From contig CAJVPI010000166.1 in the NCBI GenBank assembly GCA_910592345.1, positions 1-47,177 on the forward strand: 47,177 nt of DNA, given 5' to 3'. Below, piece by piece: positions 25,712 to 37,279 of the stretch (position 1 is its first letter; each line of letters opens with the position of its first letter). This DNA comes from Paraglomus brasilianum. Lineage: Eukaryota. Position numbers and translations under genes: made by a program. Below the pieces are notes generated by a model. It ran no database searches. It saw only the letters and a list, made by a program, of their open reading frames with translations, and was not told where the DNA came from.

Positions 25712-26942
25712 TGTAAATCCCGCACCTAAAGCAAAAAAATCGAAAAGAAGAAAAAACGCATTTTCTAGAGTACCCTGTATTTAATGCTATTATTTATCAA
25801 TAAAGTTAACCCTAGCGATCGATGCATGCTTTTGTATGTACAGATATCAATGTACAGTATATGATGAACATTGTTTACGGCTTTTGTCTATGTTAACTAG
25901 AATAATATCTTTTCGGGGCTGCGCTCTCGCGTAATTGTTAATTATTCTGGGATAAAAAAAAATTGTTTGTTATAAGTCTTTGTGTGATTGGAGAAGTAAC
26001 TGTGGTATGGAATGCCAGCGATGTTTACAAGATGATGTTCGACTTCTCAAGATAACAATAAATAATTGAATTGTTTTAAACGATGCTTATTACGATCTTG
26101 TGCACGTCAAGATTGTCAGATTATTTGTACTATTAGAACAAAGTTTTTCCCGTTTTAAAATTACGATATAATAGTATAAAAAATTAAGATAAGATTATTG
26201 TAAACCGTATTTTATTACTCGACGATACTGATAATATTAGTTTTGTTTTTCAGAAGGTAGTGTCAGTTTGGTAGACGCTAAATCAGAAAGTTTTTTTACT
26301 GTCGTGGATGAGCGTAGCTCTCGTTTAGTTGATCGTTTTTCGTCGCAAGTGGATCAACTGCTATTACACTGGATTGTCTCGCTTGGTGTGGGGATATCCC
26401 GGATTTGATTTTAGGGGAGGGTGTGGAAGAGATTTTTTGTCGCTTGGCATGTTGGGTTTTCACATTTGTGCCAACGATAGAGAACCCGTGGCATGCTTGA
26501 GGATAAGTTAATTATCGAGGATCAATCATACTCCTCGACGCCGTGAGTCGTAAGTAGGAAAGCCTGTGTTAAATAAAGTCACTAACTGTACATTTGATAT
26601 TTAGCCCGCGCTCCGTGCAAAAGTAGCTAAACTTCTAGTGACCGCTCTTCCGCAGAATTTACTCATAACCTTATTCCGTGCGTGTGTTACCTCGACAACG
26701 CCAATAGAAACCTATTTCTTATTTATTACTCTCTAATTACTGTTTTGGCACTGTTCTGGCACTGTTTTATCACTAGTGACGAACAAGTGACAGATTAACT
26801 ATTACCGTTACTGAAATGTTTGTGACACTTGAAACAGTGTTATACCCCCGAAATCCGCAGCTGCGCTTGGTGCTACCGCTGATCGATTGTGGCTGCGGCA
26901 CCATAGAAATAAAGGAGAGAATACGTCATAGATTGCGGCGCA

Positions 26943-27069
26943 TCACACCTTCTTAGCATCTTTGTCTACTCCAATTCCATGCTGATAGCATCCTTGCTCA
27001 ACTGCCTTTTGATACTGTTCAATTGCCTTCTTAACATCTTTTTCAGCAATAACCAACGTTGTACTGTGC
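26943..27069 (-). pseudogene. SEL1-like repeat gene remnant
   Basis: The minus strand reads AQYNVGYC, then after a deletion and frameshift EKDVKKAIEQYQKAVEQG|CYQHGIGVDKDAKKV. These are classic Sel1-repeat words with two internal deletions. Confidence 0.7.
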
Positions 27070-27250
27070 AATCAGCACTTGTCGAGATATCCTCATTCAA
27101 ATCCTATTACTCAAAACCAATGGCTCATGTTTCATGTGCACAATGTCGCTTTTACATATTTGTCGAATGGCAAACGGTACAGATGTTAGCATAATTTATA
27201 AAAAATTAATTAAAGCTTTATAAAGCGCACAGTCCGACACTGGGTTAATA

Positions 27251-28890
27251 TTGGAGCGTAAAGTCTCTGCCAAATGGATTCCACACGTGCCAACGGAATA
27301 AATAAGATGACATTTAGAAATTTAAGACTACTATTGTTAGGGGTTTTTTTAATATTATCACTGGTAGAGAGAAATATGTATTAAATTTGTTCACTATTTT
27401 CAAATAAAATTTGGATCGGAAAGGATGATTTCTTGATAAAATGGTGTATAAAAGTAGTGAAATAACTAATAACGTGTTAGAATTTATATAAGTTGTCTGT
27501 ATATGAAAAATAAATTTTATAATCGTTCCATTAAGTATGACAAGCGATACTTTTTTTGGAGCTAGGTTACTAAAAAAGGATACCGCGAAAAGTTTGCTGA
27601 ATTGCGTGAGATCTCTCCGGGCCCGAGCAAGATATATTTGTGATGGCTCAGCTGAAAGCAATGGATAAGTACCAGCCGACGTTTAAAAAAAATGCGCGTT
27701 AATAAAAGAGCATTTCACTACTGAAGAAACGTCAGAAATTATCTAGTGTCGCGCATTCACAGTAACATAAAGAGTGATGAATACTTTTGATCCCCACTGG
27801 AATATACTCAATTCCAACACACAAGTATAATAATAATGTCTGTCAGTTTTTAAACGTTGCAACGACATGATAAAGGAATTTATTAAATATAATAATAACT
27901 ATTACACAAGGTTTTATCATTGGAAAAGCGTTCAGTAATTGGCCTTGGGATTTAGCTCTTTTAATCGGGGCTTGGCTAACGTCTACTCCTGCTTAATCTT
28001 ACTATATTTAGTATTAATTCACACCTGACTTTGCGCCCCATGGTCACGCATATAAACCCCTCCAAAAATTTTTCGTCTTTGACAACCTCACGCGTATTAG
28101 ACTCTATGAAAACTTTTTCACCGAAACGAACCAACCACTTGACAAGCTTATTGTGTCTAAGGCTATGGAAAGCACAATGGCATAATTTGTAAAGAATTCC
28201 AATATATGCAGTATAATGCTTGGAAACAGACATCAACTTTGTATGTCACCGTGAAGACATTTGATGAACCGAGAAAGATTATTGGGTTGGGTTGGGAGTT
28301 CTGAGAATCGGAGTTTACAATCTCCTTGATCAATTGACTCCATCAAGCAGATAGACTGGAAAGAGGGACGAAATCTATTCTATTCTTATTATTAGATATA
28401 CGTTTACCTTGCAATAGCTACTGAAGGTAATTATCGCCCTTGATTGATTAGTTTTGAAGAATTAGCAATTGTGGCAGCGAATGAAATGAATAGAAACTCA
28501 CAATGTTCAGTTGAGCCAAATAGTTGTACAACTACACGAAAAACGAAGGTTTTGCATTTTTTCTCCGTAGATAGAGTAGTTGCGTGCCTGACGGTTAGAC
28601 AGTAACAGGTGAGCTTTATGCTACTAGAATCTCATGTGTAAATAAAAATTAGGAGAAGAATAACCGTCCGAAATGTGATGCTGCATCATGACCATACAGC
28701 CTATGCAACCTTTTTTATTTCCAAAACACTTGCAAGAAAGAAAAAAAATAGAGTTGAAAATTGTCTAGGGCCGTTCAGGTAGTTGTTCAAAGTATTCTAA
28801 AAGAGGAATGCTATAAATTTTTTGAAAGTTGGCGTAAAAGGTTACAAAGATGCATAGACGTAGAAGAAAATTATTTTCCCATTAGTTTTA
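27251..28890 (+). mobile_element. Fragmented mariner transposase, probably interrupted by a ~1 kb insertion
   Basis: RKVSAKWIPH at 27257-27286 (WVPHEL-type linker), VMLHHD at 28675-28692, FLFPK near 28713 and FESWRKRLQRCIDVEENYF at ~28821-28877. The motifs are in mariner order. Confidence 0.65.
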
Positions 28891-30224
28891 AATTTATTAT
28901 GCAGTATTCAAATAAAGCCGAACGGCAAAAACTCTTTTAAAGAATTGCTATTAATAAGTAACGTCAAAAGTGCCCCCTTTTTCTTTTCAATTTACGCCTT
29001 TCTACTTTAAGGTTTTGCAGTAACTGACCCTTTCCCGTTCGAGAGCAAAGCTATCGATATCCAACAACATAAAAAACCTGATGTTTAAAACGACCGGGAA
29101 ATAAAAGTTTTCTATATCAGTTTTGACTTTTATGCCGTTACTGAATTTTTGCAATATCGATTGCAACGAGGTAAAAGTTACATTGAATCTCAATTCAAAT
29201 AAGACGATATTACCAAGACATATAAAGAGATTAAAATAAGCAAATCCGTACAAAGTTAGCAATTGTGCTTACGATTTGGTTAATTAAACAGTGGAGTATA
29301 ACATCTCGTACAGGTAATAATGGACATCACATTGAGTCGGTACATTCATTAATAGGTTCTAAGTAGATAAAGACCGGCGCAAGTACATGAACACAAATGC
29401 ACACTTCAATGTATTGACTGTCTGTATTATCAAATTGGACACACAAAAGTGCGTTTCAGCGACGAATTTAGTCTGAATGTATTTCATTATAAATAATCCA
29501 TTCTAAGCACATAGCTTTTCATCAAATTGCAAGTCCGTGAATTATCGCCAGATTTGTGCTTTGATGTCATTGTTCCTTTCTATAGAGAAAAAGTTAAAAG
29601 TACTACCTTTTCTTGGTGGATAGGTTTTGCGCAGTATCCACAAACTCCGTCGATTTATTTAAATATAGGTATAATGGATTGTCGGATTGCGTATGTATAA
29701 GGACTGGTTTGTTTATTAAAAACAGTCATACATATACTACTATCAGTGTTTGTTGGGACGTAAATGCATTCAATGCAGCAGACCTTTTTTGTCGAAATGA
29801 TTATGTATTTATAGTAAAATGGTTCAAGGGTCTTTGTTTCACTGAAGTACCGATATGTCACAATAATAACAACAATATCGGCAATGCATAGATTGAAGTA
29901 CATAATAAGCATGATACTTTATTAGCGACAAAAAAGCAGAACTAGCACTTTTGTTTATAATTCTTTCTAACTTTAGTATAAGAAACTTACTTGCTATATA
30001 GTTGACTGTAGTTATAAGTAAACTATCGTCCGAGCATCGGCGTTTTTTGTTTACACAAATAAGGAGTGTTTCACAGACTTGAACAGGGGTCATCATTGAA
30101 GCATTTCTATTTTTGATACATCCATTAATAGCATATAGCGCCACAACTCGTGCGACGCATAAATATATAAATAATTTGGTTACGCCCACCCACACTTTTT
30201 CACAAAGTCGATTTTGCTGAAAAC

Positions 30225-30938
30225 ATGAGAACTATCCGAGTCGATCCTCTCACAAACGGTCAATATGTTTCGGAATATCTAACACAATTTAGAGGATATG
30301 TGAGTGATTTTGCGGCAAGACGTTGGTTTTTGTAAGCTTGCACTGGCTAACACAATTTCTCATGATCTAGTTTACAGAATCCGAATTTAAGACTTGCATC
30401 GATGCGTTGAATAAACCTTTTAGAGCGTACAAGAAGAAGATGGTAACAGTATGGTCCATAATATTGTTCTCGTTTATTTCTTGTTACATTATTCTCGGCA
30501 TTTCTACGAGAGCTACGGAAGGCCTGGACTTTTTCCTTTGGTTCTGTTTGATCTTTGCGGGGTGGTTGCTTGTTCCTATTCCTTTAATTTTCTTTAACTT
30601 AAAATGGACCAGACAGGTGAATTATTAAGAACTATGTGATTGCAAATATATCGAAATGATGCTAAGTGTTTGACCATTTATTCTTGATCGCAGAGAGAGC
30701 ATGAAAGAGCTAAAATTATTGATAGTTTCGATGTCTCTGACCGGCCCAGAGGTATTTCATGGATATATACGAAAGAGATATACTCATTCGCTGCTCGTCG
30801 ACAGGTAGGGATAAAGCTACTCTTGAATTATTATTTCAATACGAGCCTATTAATAATAATGTTATCTTTGCTATTTATTAGTCTAACTTGGTCATCGAAC
30901 TGCCTGAGGGTTCTACTCGCTACGATTTCAAATGTTAA
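30225..30938 (+). CDS. 162-aa two-transmembrane protein, possibly Erf4/GOLGA7/CHIC-like; mostly missed by the ORF track
   Basis: Exons 30225-30299, 30371-30616, 30694-30804 and 30882-30938, all phase-0 GT-AG introns, give one open frame: MRTIRVDP...FTESEFKTCIDALN...(two hydrophobic helices)...RGISWIY...NLVIELP...FKC*. The family assignment is tentative. Confidence 0.8.
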
Positions 30939-31729
30939 TATTAATTGAGTTACCTCGGTTTTACAAATGTATACAGTAACGCTTATAGTAAATTATGTCT
31001 ATAAACCTGTGAATAAAATATTATTTAATTTGTAATACAAATTATTGGCCATATTCTATAAGGAAGGGATTTGCATTTATAGGACACAATACAATTTAAA
31101 TGTTTCAAATTGGAGTACGCAAAACGCCGTTTCTGCGTATACTTATCAATGAAAATGACGTCGCCCCACTGTGCAAATATATATATGAAGGGTATCAAAT
31201 CCGCTGAAAGGTTCTACAAAGATTCGCATCTGCGCGGGTTAGCAACCTTTTATACTACGTAATATAACAATTCGATGACGTTTTGCGCAGCATAATCTGG
31301 GTCAGGGTCAACGGTTACTTTTCGATTCACTGACAAACAATACGTAATTATTTTACAGTGACAATTATTTATAAAATGGCTTTCTTTGGAGACAATTGTT
31401 TCCAGGAAGTTCTTATATTACAATACCCAATCATCTAATACTGCAACTTGAAAGACAGCGGTTACTTTTGACATTGTATAATTACCACTTACGCTAGTAT
31501 TCTTAAGGAAACCCGGATTATCTTCATGGCGTAAGGAGGCGTTGGTTTCAAGATATAATAGATATCTCAGACAATATATTTTGTATTGATTCAATTCATG
31601 TTTAGGAAATCATACAATGATAGAATAAAAATAGCCGCTGCAAACATGTCCAGGAATGTAATCGTATGAACTTGCTTTTATAATTAGATAATAAAATGCA
31701 ACTTCAAACGATTGTATTTACAAACGCAC

Positions 31730-31750
31730 CACACACACACACACACACAC
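31730..31750. repeat. (CA)10 microsatellite
   Basis: Direct observation. Confidence 0.9.
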
Positions 31751-32315
31751 GTAATTTAGTATTAAACAACGGTATGACATTTCGGACAAAATGACTACCA
31801 CATCTTTATTCCACAATACCTGAGATAAGTTTAAAACGGATTCAATCCTAGACTTTTGTCACAAATTGTGCCTATAGTTTAACAGGATGTTAGTTCAAAG
31901 TAGATTTAAAAATTCAGTGGTTAAGCTTTCTTATGTCTATTACTATTGTCCATCGCCTAGGAAGGGATATTACCGATTTGCTCTAAAGTTACGTGTTCGT
32001 GTCAATTAGTTCTTCACAAGCATTTGCAGGCAGCTTTGGTATATTTTATTGTCGTTAGACTACTGTATCGATCTAAATAATAAACAGTGCTCAAACAAAA
32101 GCCTTCCTGTGTTAACCACAGGATGAGTTGACTATAATCTTTAGATGGCCCTTTCTGTTTGCTACTTTTAAACAGAACAGGAAGACGGATTATATTAAAA
32201 CAACGGATACGGTTGAATCTGATTATGTCGAACCTGACTATACCTAAAACCAAATTTTATAAATAATATATCTTAGTATGATAAGCTTATTATAAATTTA
32301 TTTTAATCTTTAAAT

Positions 32316-32434
32316 TGTCATGTAAACGCTAATACGGATTGAAGATTCTTTTAAAGGAGGTTGATGAGGTCCAATAAAAGAATTATATACCTTCTCTGTT
32401 TCTATTGAGAATCCAATAGGGCATTTACATGACA
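32316..32434. mobile_element. Putative ~119-bp MITE with imperfect TG...CA terminal inverted repeats
   Basis: tgtcatgtaaacgctaatacggatt (32316-32340) versus the reverse complement of 32410-32434 (tgtcatgtaaatgccctattggatt); AAT on both flanks. Confidence 0.4.
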
Positions 32435-35231
32435 AATTTGTACAAGCACGTGTCAATAGTGGAGCGGAATTTCGACTCCGATTGACATATACTTTGTGTA
32501 CCGGAGTACGACTCTTTATTTTACCAAATTACAAATTTGAAAGCGGCATACTCAGGGAGATAATCTGAATGCGTTGTTGAATGTCCAAGTTACGGAAAGA
32601 GAAGAGGTCTTATGGATGGGCGATCGTCAAAGCCCGCATGCCAAATGATCTATATTAAAGAGCGGGACCAATTTACCGCCACCCCATGTGAAAATTATGT
32701 GAAAGCGCATTAATTACATTCATTACCAAAGATAATTTTTTGCCACAATAAAAACAGTAAAGCATATGCTAAAAATCATTTGTCCGTATGTCACAATTTT
32801 GTCGTGTGACTTTTGCTTTTCAAAATAAATGATAAATCGAAATGCACTAAGTTTATGAAGCTGTAAATATAATAGTATTAATACGCTAGCTAATATGTAG
32901 TAAGAATCGCTTACGTCTGTAATTGAAGGCATGACTTTACTGAAAAGTCATTCCGATAAAATGTAAGTGGACAACTTTATCTCGCCAAATTAGGTTTGAT
33001 ACAGGTTTTATAGTTTACGTAATATCTACGTACGATTGGTTCACACTGGATGCTCTATAATTAGATCGTTGTACAAAGGCGTATTCATCGTCAAGTGACT
33101 ATGCATCATCACAATCAATCGATATTTAGAACCTACTATTTACTATTCTCTATTTATAACATTTTTTATCATTATTGTATTACCAACATAACCAGTTCTC
33201 GTCCTATTTTTGCTTTTCAATAGTTATTATTAGTGACAGCAATTTGCTACGTTTAAATGTGAGTCATCATCAAGATTTTTTTTACACGTCGGAGTTACAA
33301 TTGAAAGCATTACTTAGATATCTTATCCTTTTCTCTTCTGATTGACAAGTTAAAAATCTGCATTGACCATAAAAGTTTTATATTATGTAATCTTAGGCTT
33401 TTACATAAAATTTTGAGAACGTCTAACTTTATCACAACACTTTCTAAGAATATAGTCCCACCTTCAAAGGCTGGATTAATAAATCGTCTTAATGGAGGAA
33501 GTAATTTCAAAATTGGGCATGAGAAAGACTAAAATATATATAGAGAGAAAATTAGTTGTCATGTTTCATCAAAAATATTATGATACAGAGATTGAAATAT
33601 AAAACTGACAATGTTAACATAACCCTCGTTTTGAAGCATATATTAGTGTGTAGTTAAATATGCTATTATTAAATTTTTCTGTATACAGCTTTTCTAGTTA
33701 GGACAAAGCTGCAAAGAATTAATTCTTCTTCCTCCTGGATTGGCAACAGTATGATCAATTGTTGGGCAGGAAAAAAAAATCATAAACTCAATTACCATCA
33801 GTTATTCAGATGTAAGGATTTCTTGAGGGGAGATTGGTGGTTGCGTAAATAGTGTAAGTTATTGTTTGATAAAAGTTAATATAAGCCCAGCCCTAACCTT
33901 AAAGTAAACAGAATGGCTTCATTAGATTTCTCCTAATACTTACTATACCGCTGCTGATCAGTATTTACAAACCAAGTTAAGTTTAAATATTACAACGCTT
34001 TTTTATATTAAGTATAAAATTTAGCCTTTAATCTCGAAAGTGCGTTGCGTTTTTTCCGCGACAGCACAAAACGGCCTTTCATAGCGAAAGGATACATCGA
34101 GTTCGCGTCATGGCTCATGCCGGGATTTGTCAGCACTGTTTCGAAAATTTCGTTGTTCAAGTGCTCTTTCCAGCCAGGTTATTGCATTGTGAGTTTGTTT
34201 CCAACATATAATGGTTTTAAGTATTACCATATCATATTTAGTTGGTATTACAGTATGTTTTTCAGAAAAAAATGGAATATAATTTTTATATAATTAAATT
34301 CTATCTACAGCAAGATAGTCTGAAGAAATATTATAACTGTTATATATGCAGTCAGCTCTTGCACAGGAGGGACCAGTTGTAAGCATGGCTGTGTATTTAT
34401 AGTAATAGAATGTTTACAAATAATCATACTGATTAATGCCATTTCTTCAACAAAAGCATCAAAGATAAACACTGTTTGTACTATATCCAATCATTTTTTT
34501 CTACTACTACTGGTTTGAAGTATAAGCTTTATTTGAATAGTACATCAAATACAAAGGGTGGGATTGTCATGCAATTTTGTTTTAAATCTGAAGGTCAACC
34601 CGTTTTTTTTTGTTTTCAATAAAGTCGTCAGTTTATTTATTCTAAACATTGGGCTTCTTGTGTTGGTCAATTTTAACTCGTCCCATACAAAGTGCTAAGT
34701 TTTTAACAATGAGTTAAATTTAGATTTTTTTTACTTGCATATACTGAAATTACAGTAAACACAAATGTCTACAAACTATGGATACACATGATGTATAAAG
34801 AAAACCCAAAAGAATTTCAAGTGATTATGATTGGTAGCAAGCTTTTAGAATTGCATCTTAGATTATAATAATAATGACTGATATGTATTAGTATGCTGTA
34901 TATGAACCAAATGCATACAAGAATTGGTATAAACTGAACACATTCTAGTAATTGCAATGTTTTACATGTAATATTTATATTTTCAATTTACAACAAATTT
35001 TTCTTTTAGGATGATAATAAGAACACAATAATATATCAGGATACAAAAAATTGTGTTTGAGATGGCTAATCTTTAAACAGCATACAATAATAGCATGGGT
35101 TTTTTAGATAAATAGCTATTGCAACAATGTAAACTTCAGTTTAGTAGAAATCAATTTTACAACATTTATTAACAATTCAATTTTAATCACCAAACTTTAT
35201 GTGTATAACAATAAAACAAACAAAGCTTAAA

Positions 35232-36740
35232 TCAAATTTTTGAAATTAGAAACACCTCCCAATCAACCCATTCAAAGTTGCCTGATGAATTTCTAATCGC
35301 CACTTCATATGAATGTTTTTTAGCATAAGGTTTTTTTTTGTTGCACCATCACCAAAATATAAATCAAAACCACCCCCCAAAACCAGGAAAATAAGTTCTA
35401 GAATCAACAATAGAATATGTACTCTCTCTAACAAAACTTACTATACACCTATCAATGTTTTTATCTAATGCAAATATAAAGCTTTCTTTAGTTACAGCAT
35501 AACCTTTCTTGGAACCCCATGCAAATGGATTATATCCACCAAGTATTTCTTCAGTACCCAACACTTTACCAACAGCAATTGTGGGTCCTTTATTATTACA
35601 CAATTTCCTAAACTTTGCAACTGTATTACCATCTCTACTTTGTCTATAAAGTAAGGTAAAATTATGAATACTTGGCATGATAGTTGTCCTTTGATTCTCT
35701 TGAAGTTTCCTTGTTGGCTCAACAATCTTTGATGAGATCCACTCTGCTTGCTTTTGGTTAATGGTAAGTGAATCAATATGTCCTGTTCTTGGTGCTAATA
35801 TATGAGCGTTTGGTTGATAGTCGTTATCTGTATGATAATTAAGTATATCACAGAATAACTTTCTTGGTAATAAATCATAATATGGAGCAACCTTGTTAAG
35901 ATAGATACTGAAAAGTCTTATATGAGGTATACAGTCTGCTAGGATATCCTTGACTGTGATAATGTCATTTGATGACCAGTCATTTGGATCATTTCCAAGC
36001 TCTAGTTCAGGCACTTGTTTGGTAGCCCATTGAATGGTTGACATCCAAATATCACTTTCATACATATGAAGATCATCACTCTTGAGAAGAGTGATCAAGG
36101 TTTCCTTTGGTAAAGTTGCAAGATTATCCGACTTAAAGACAAGATCTGGGTGTGAAACCATAATTCGATTGCAATATTCAAGAAGCCTGTTCAAAGGAGC
36201 AGAAGAGAGAGCATACTTGTGAACTGTGATAATATTTTCTTGAATCCATTTCGTTTGTTCATCAATCAAATAAGCTTCGATTGCAGTGAGGAGATCAAGT
36301 AGTTCAAACTTGTTAGCTCCATCTAGAAGACTAGTCCAGCTTAGATTCTCGCATAAATCATAGGACACTTGCCCAGTATAAATAAAGCTATGAATTATTA
36401 AATTTGCAGTAAGTATGAGTATTAGTGTTGACAGTACAATAAAGCTTACAATATACGCACTTCTCTAATGCTCTAAATTATGAGGTTACCTAAGCAAGAT
36501 TTCGAAAACATCAGGTGACACATCTTCAAACGTAATGGCATTCTTTCGAATCTCTGTATTTTCCGCAAGATTATTCTCGAAAAAGGCACTTCTTGTGCAT
36601 AATACCAAAGTATGCACAAGAAATATTTTGTTGTTCGGCTCCTTTCCAACGTGAATTGAAACATCTGCATATTTGCCACTTTTGTAAAGCTTTTCATAGT
36701 CGGATGAAAGACCTGAGGATAAATCAACTACGTTATTCAT
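35232..36740 (-). CDS. BTB/POZ-BACK-TLD(c) domain protein, ~468 aa; two compensating homopolymer frameshifts near the 3' end
   Basis: Exons 36740-36490 and 36387-35232. BTB: YADVSIHVG...FLVHTLVLCTRSAFF...FEILLSFIYTG. BACK: LLKSDDL..ESDIW. TLD: FTLLYRQSRDG..F...CNNKGPT..ILGGYNP..SFIF..PGFG..DL..DWEVF. The C6 run at 35373-35378 is +1 and the T9 run at 35331-35339 is -1. Confidence 0.9.
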
Positions 36741-37230
36741 TTCGTACAGCGTAGGAAAAGATGTTTAATGTATTACGGCAAGCCGATCTGATGAATCAGA
36801 TAAGTGAGTCACATGGTAAAATCGAAATCCCATGATCGATTTAGGGTAGTACGGCGTTGCGTTTTAGGCACCGAGCCGAATTTTGAGTCAGGCGTAGAAA
36901 ACGTTTCGATTTTTGCGTGTCAGCGCAAACACAATTAGCTAAATTAGAATATGATTGGTTCGTCATAGAAATTACGATTGTTAACTAATTTTAACTCCGT
37001 TTCGATTTTTGAGTGTCGCTAAAAGTATATAAGCGACTCTTATCCCATTGTCGAATCCTCATGTTATATGTTATATGTTGTTAATATTAATGTTGTTTAT
37101 GTTGTTAATGTTGTAAATATTGCTCAGGTTATTAGAACAATAATTCCCACTTCATGGAATAATAAACTTTACTTTCTTTCATTGTTAAAATATTAATTAT
37201 TTGACCGGACACACTAATAAATGGCTCACT

Positions 37231-37279
37231 CAAGCTGTAAACGTCTCTAACAAGCTGTAAACGGCTCTAACAAGCTGTA
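37231..37279. repeat. 20-bp tandem repeat, about 2.5 copies
   Basis: caagctgtaaacg(t/g)ctctaa at 37231 and 37251, partial copy at 37271. Confidence 0.85.

Noticed and set aside
29613..30195. Short ORFs upstream of the 2-TM gene
   Set aside because: No recognisable domain and no consistent splice model.
33310..34490. Possible transposase or kelch fragments in CpG-poor DNA
   Set aside because: No frame gave a motif I could defend.
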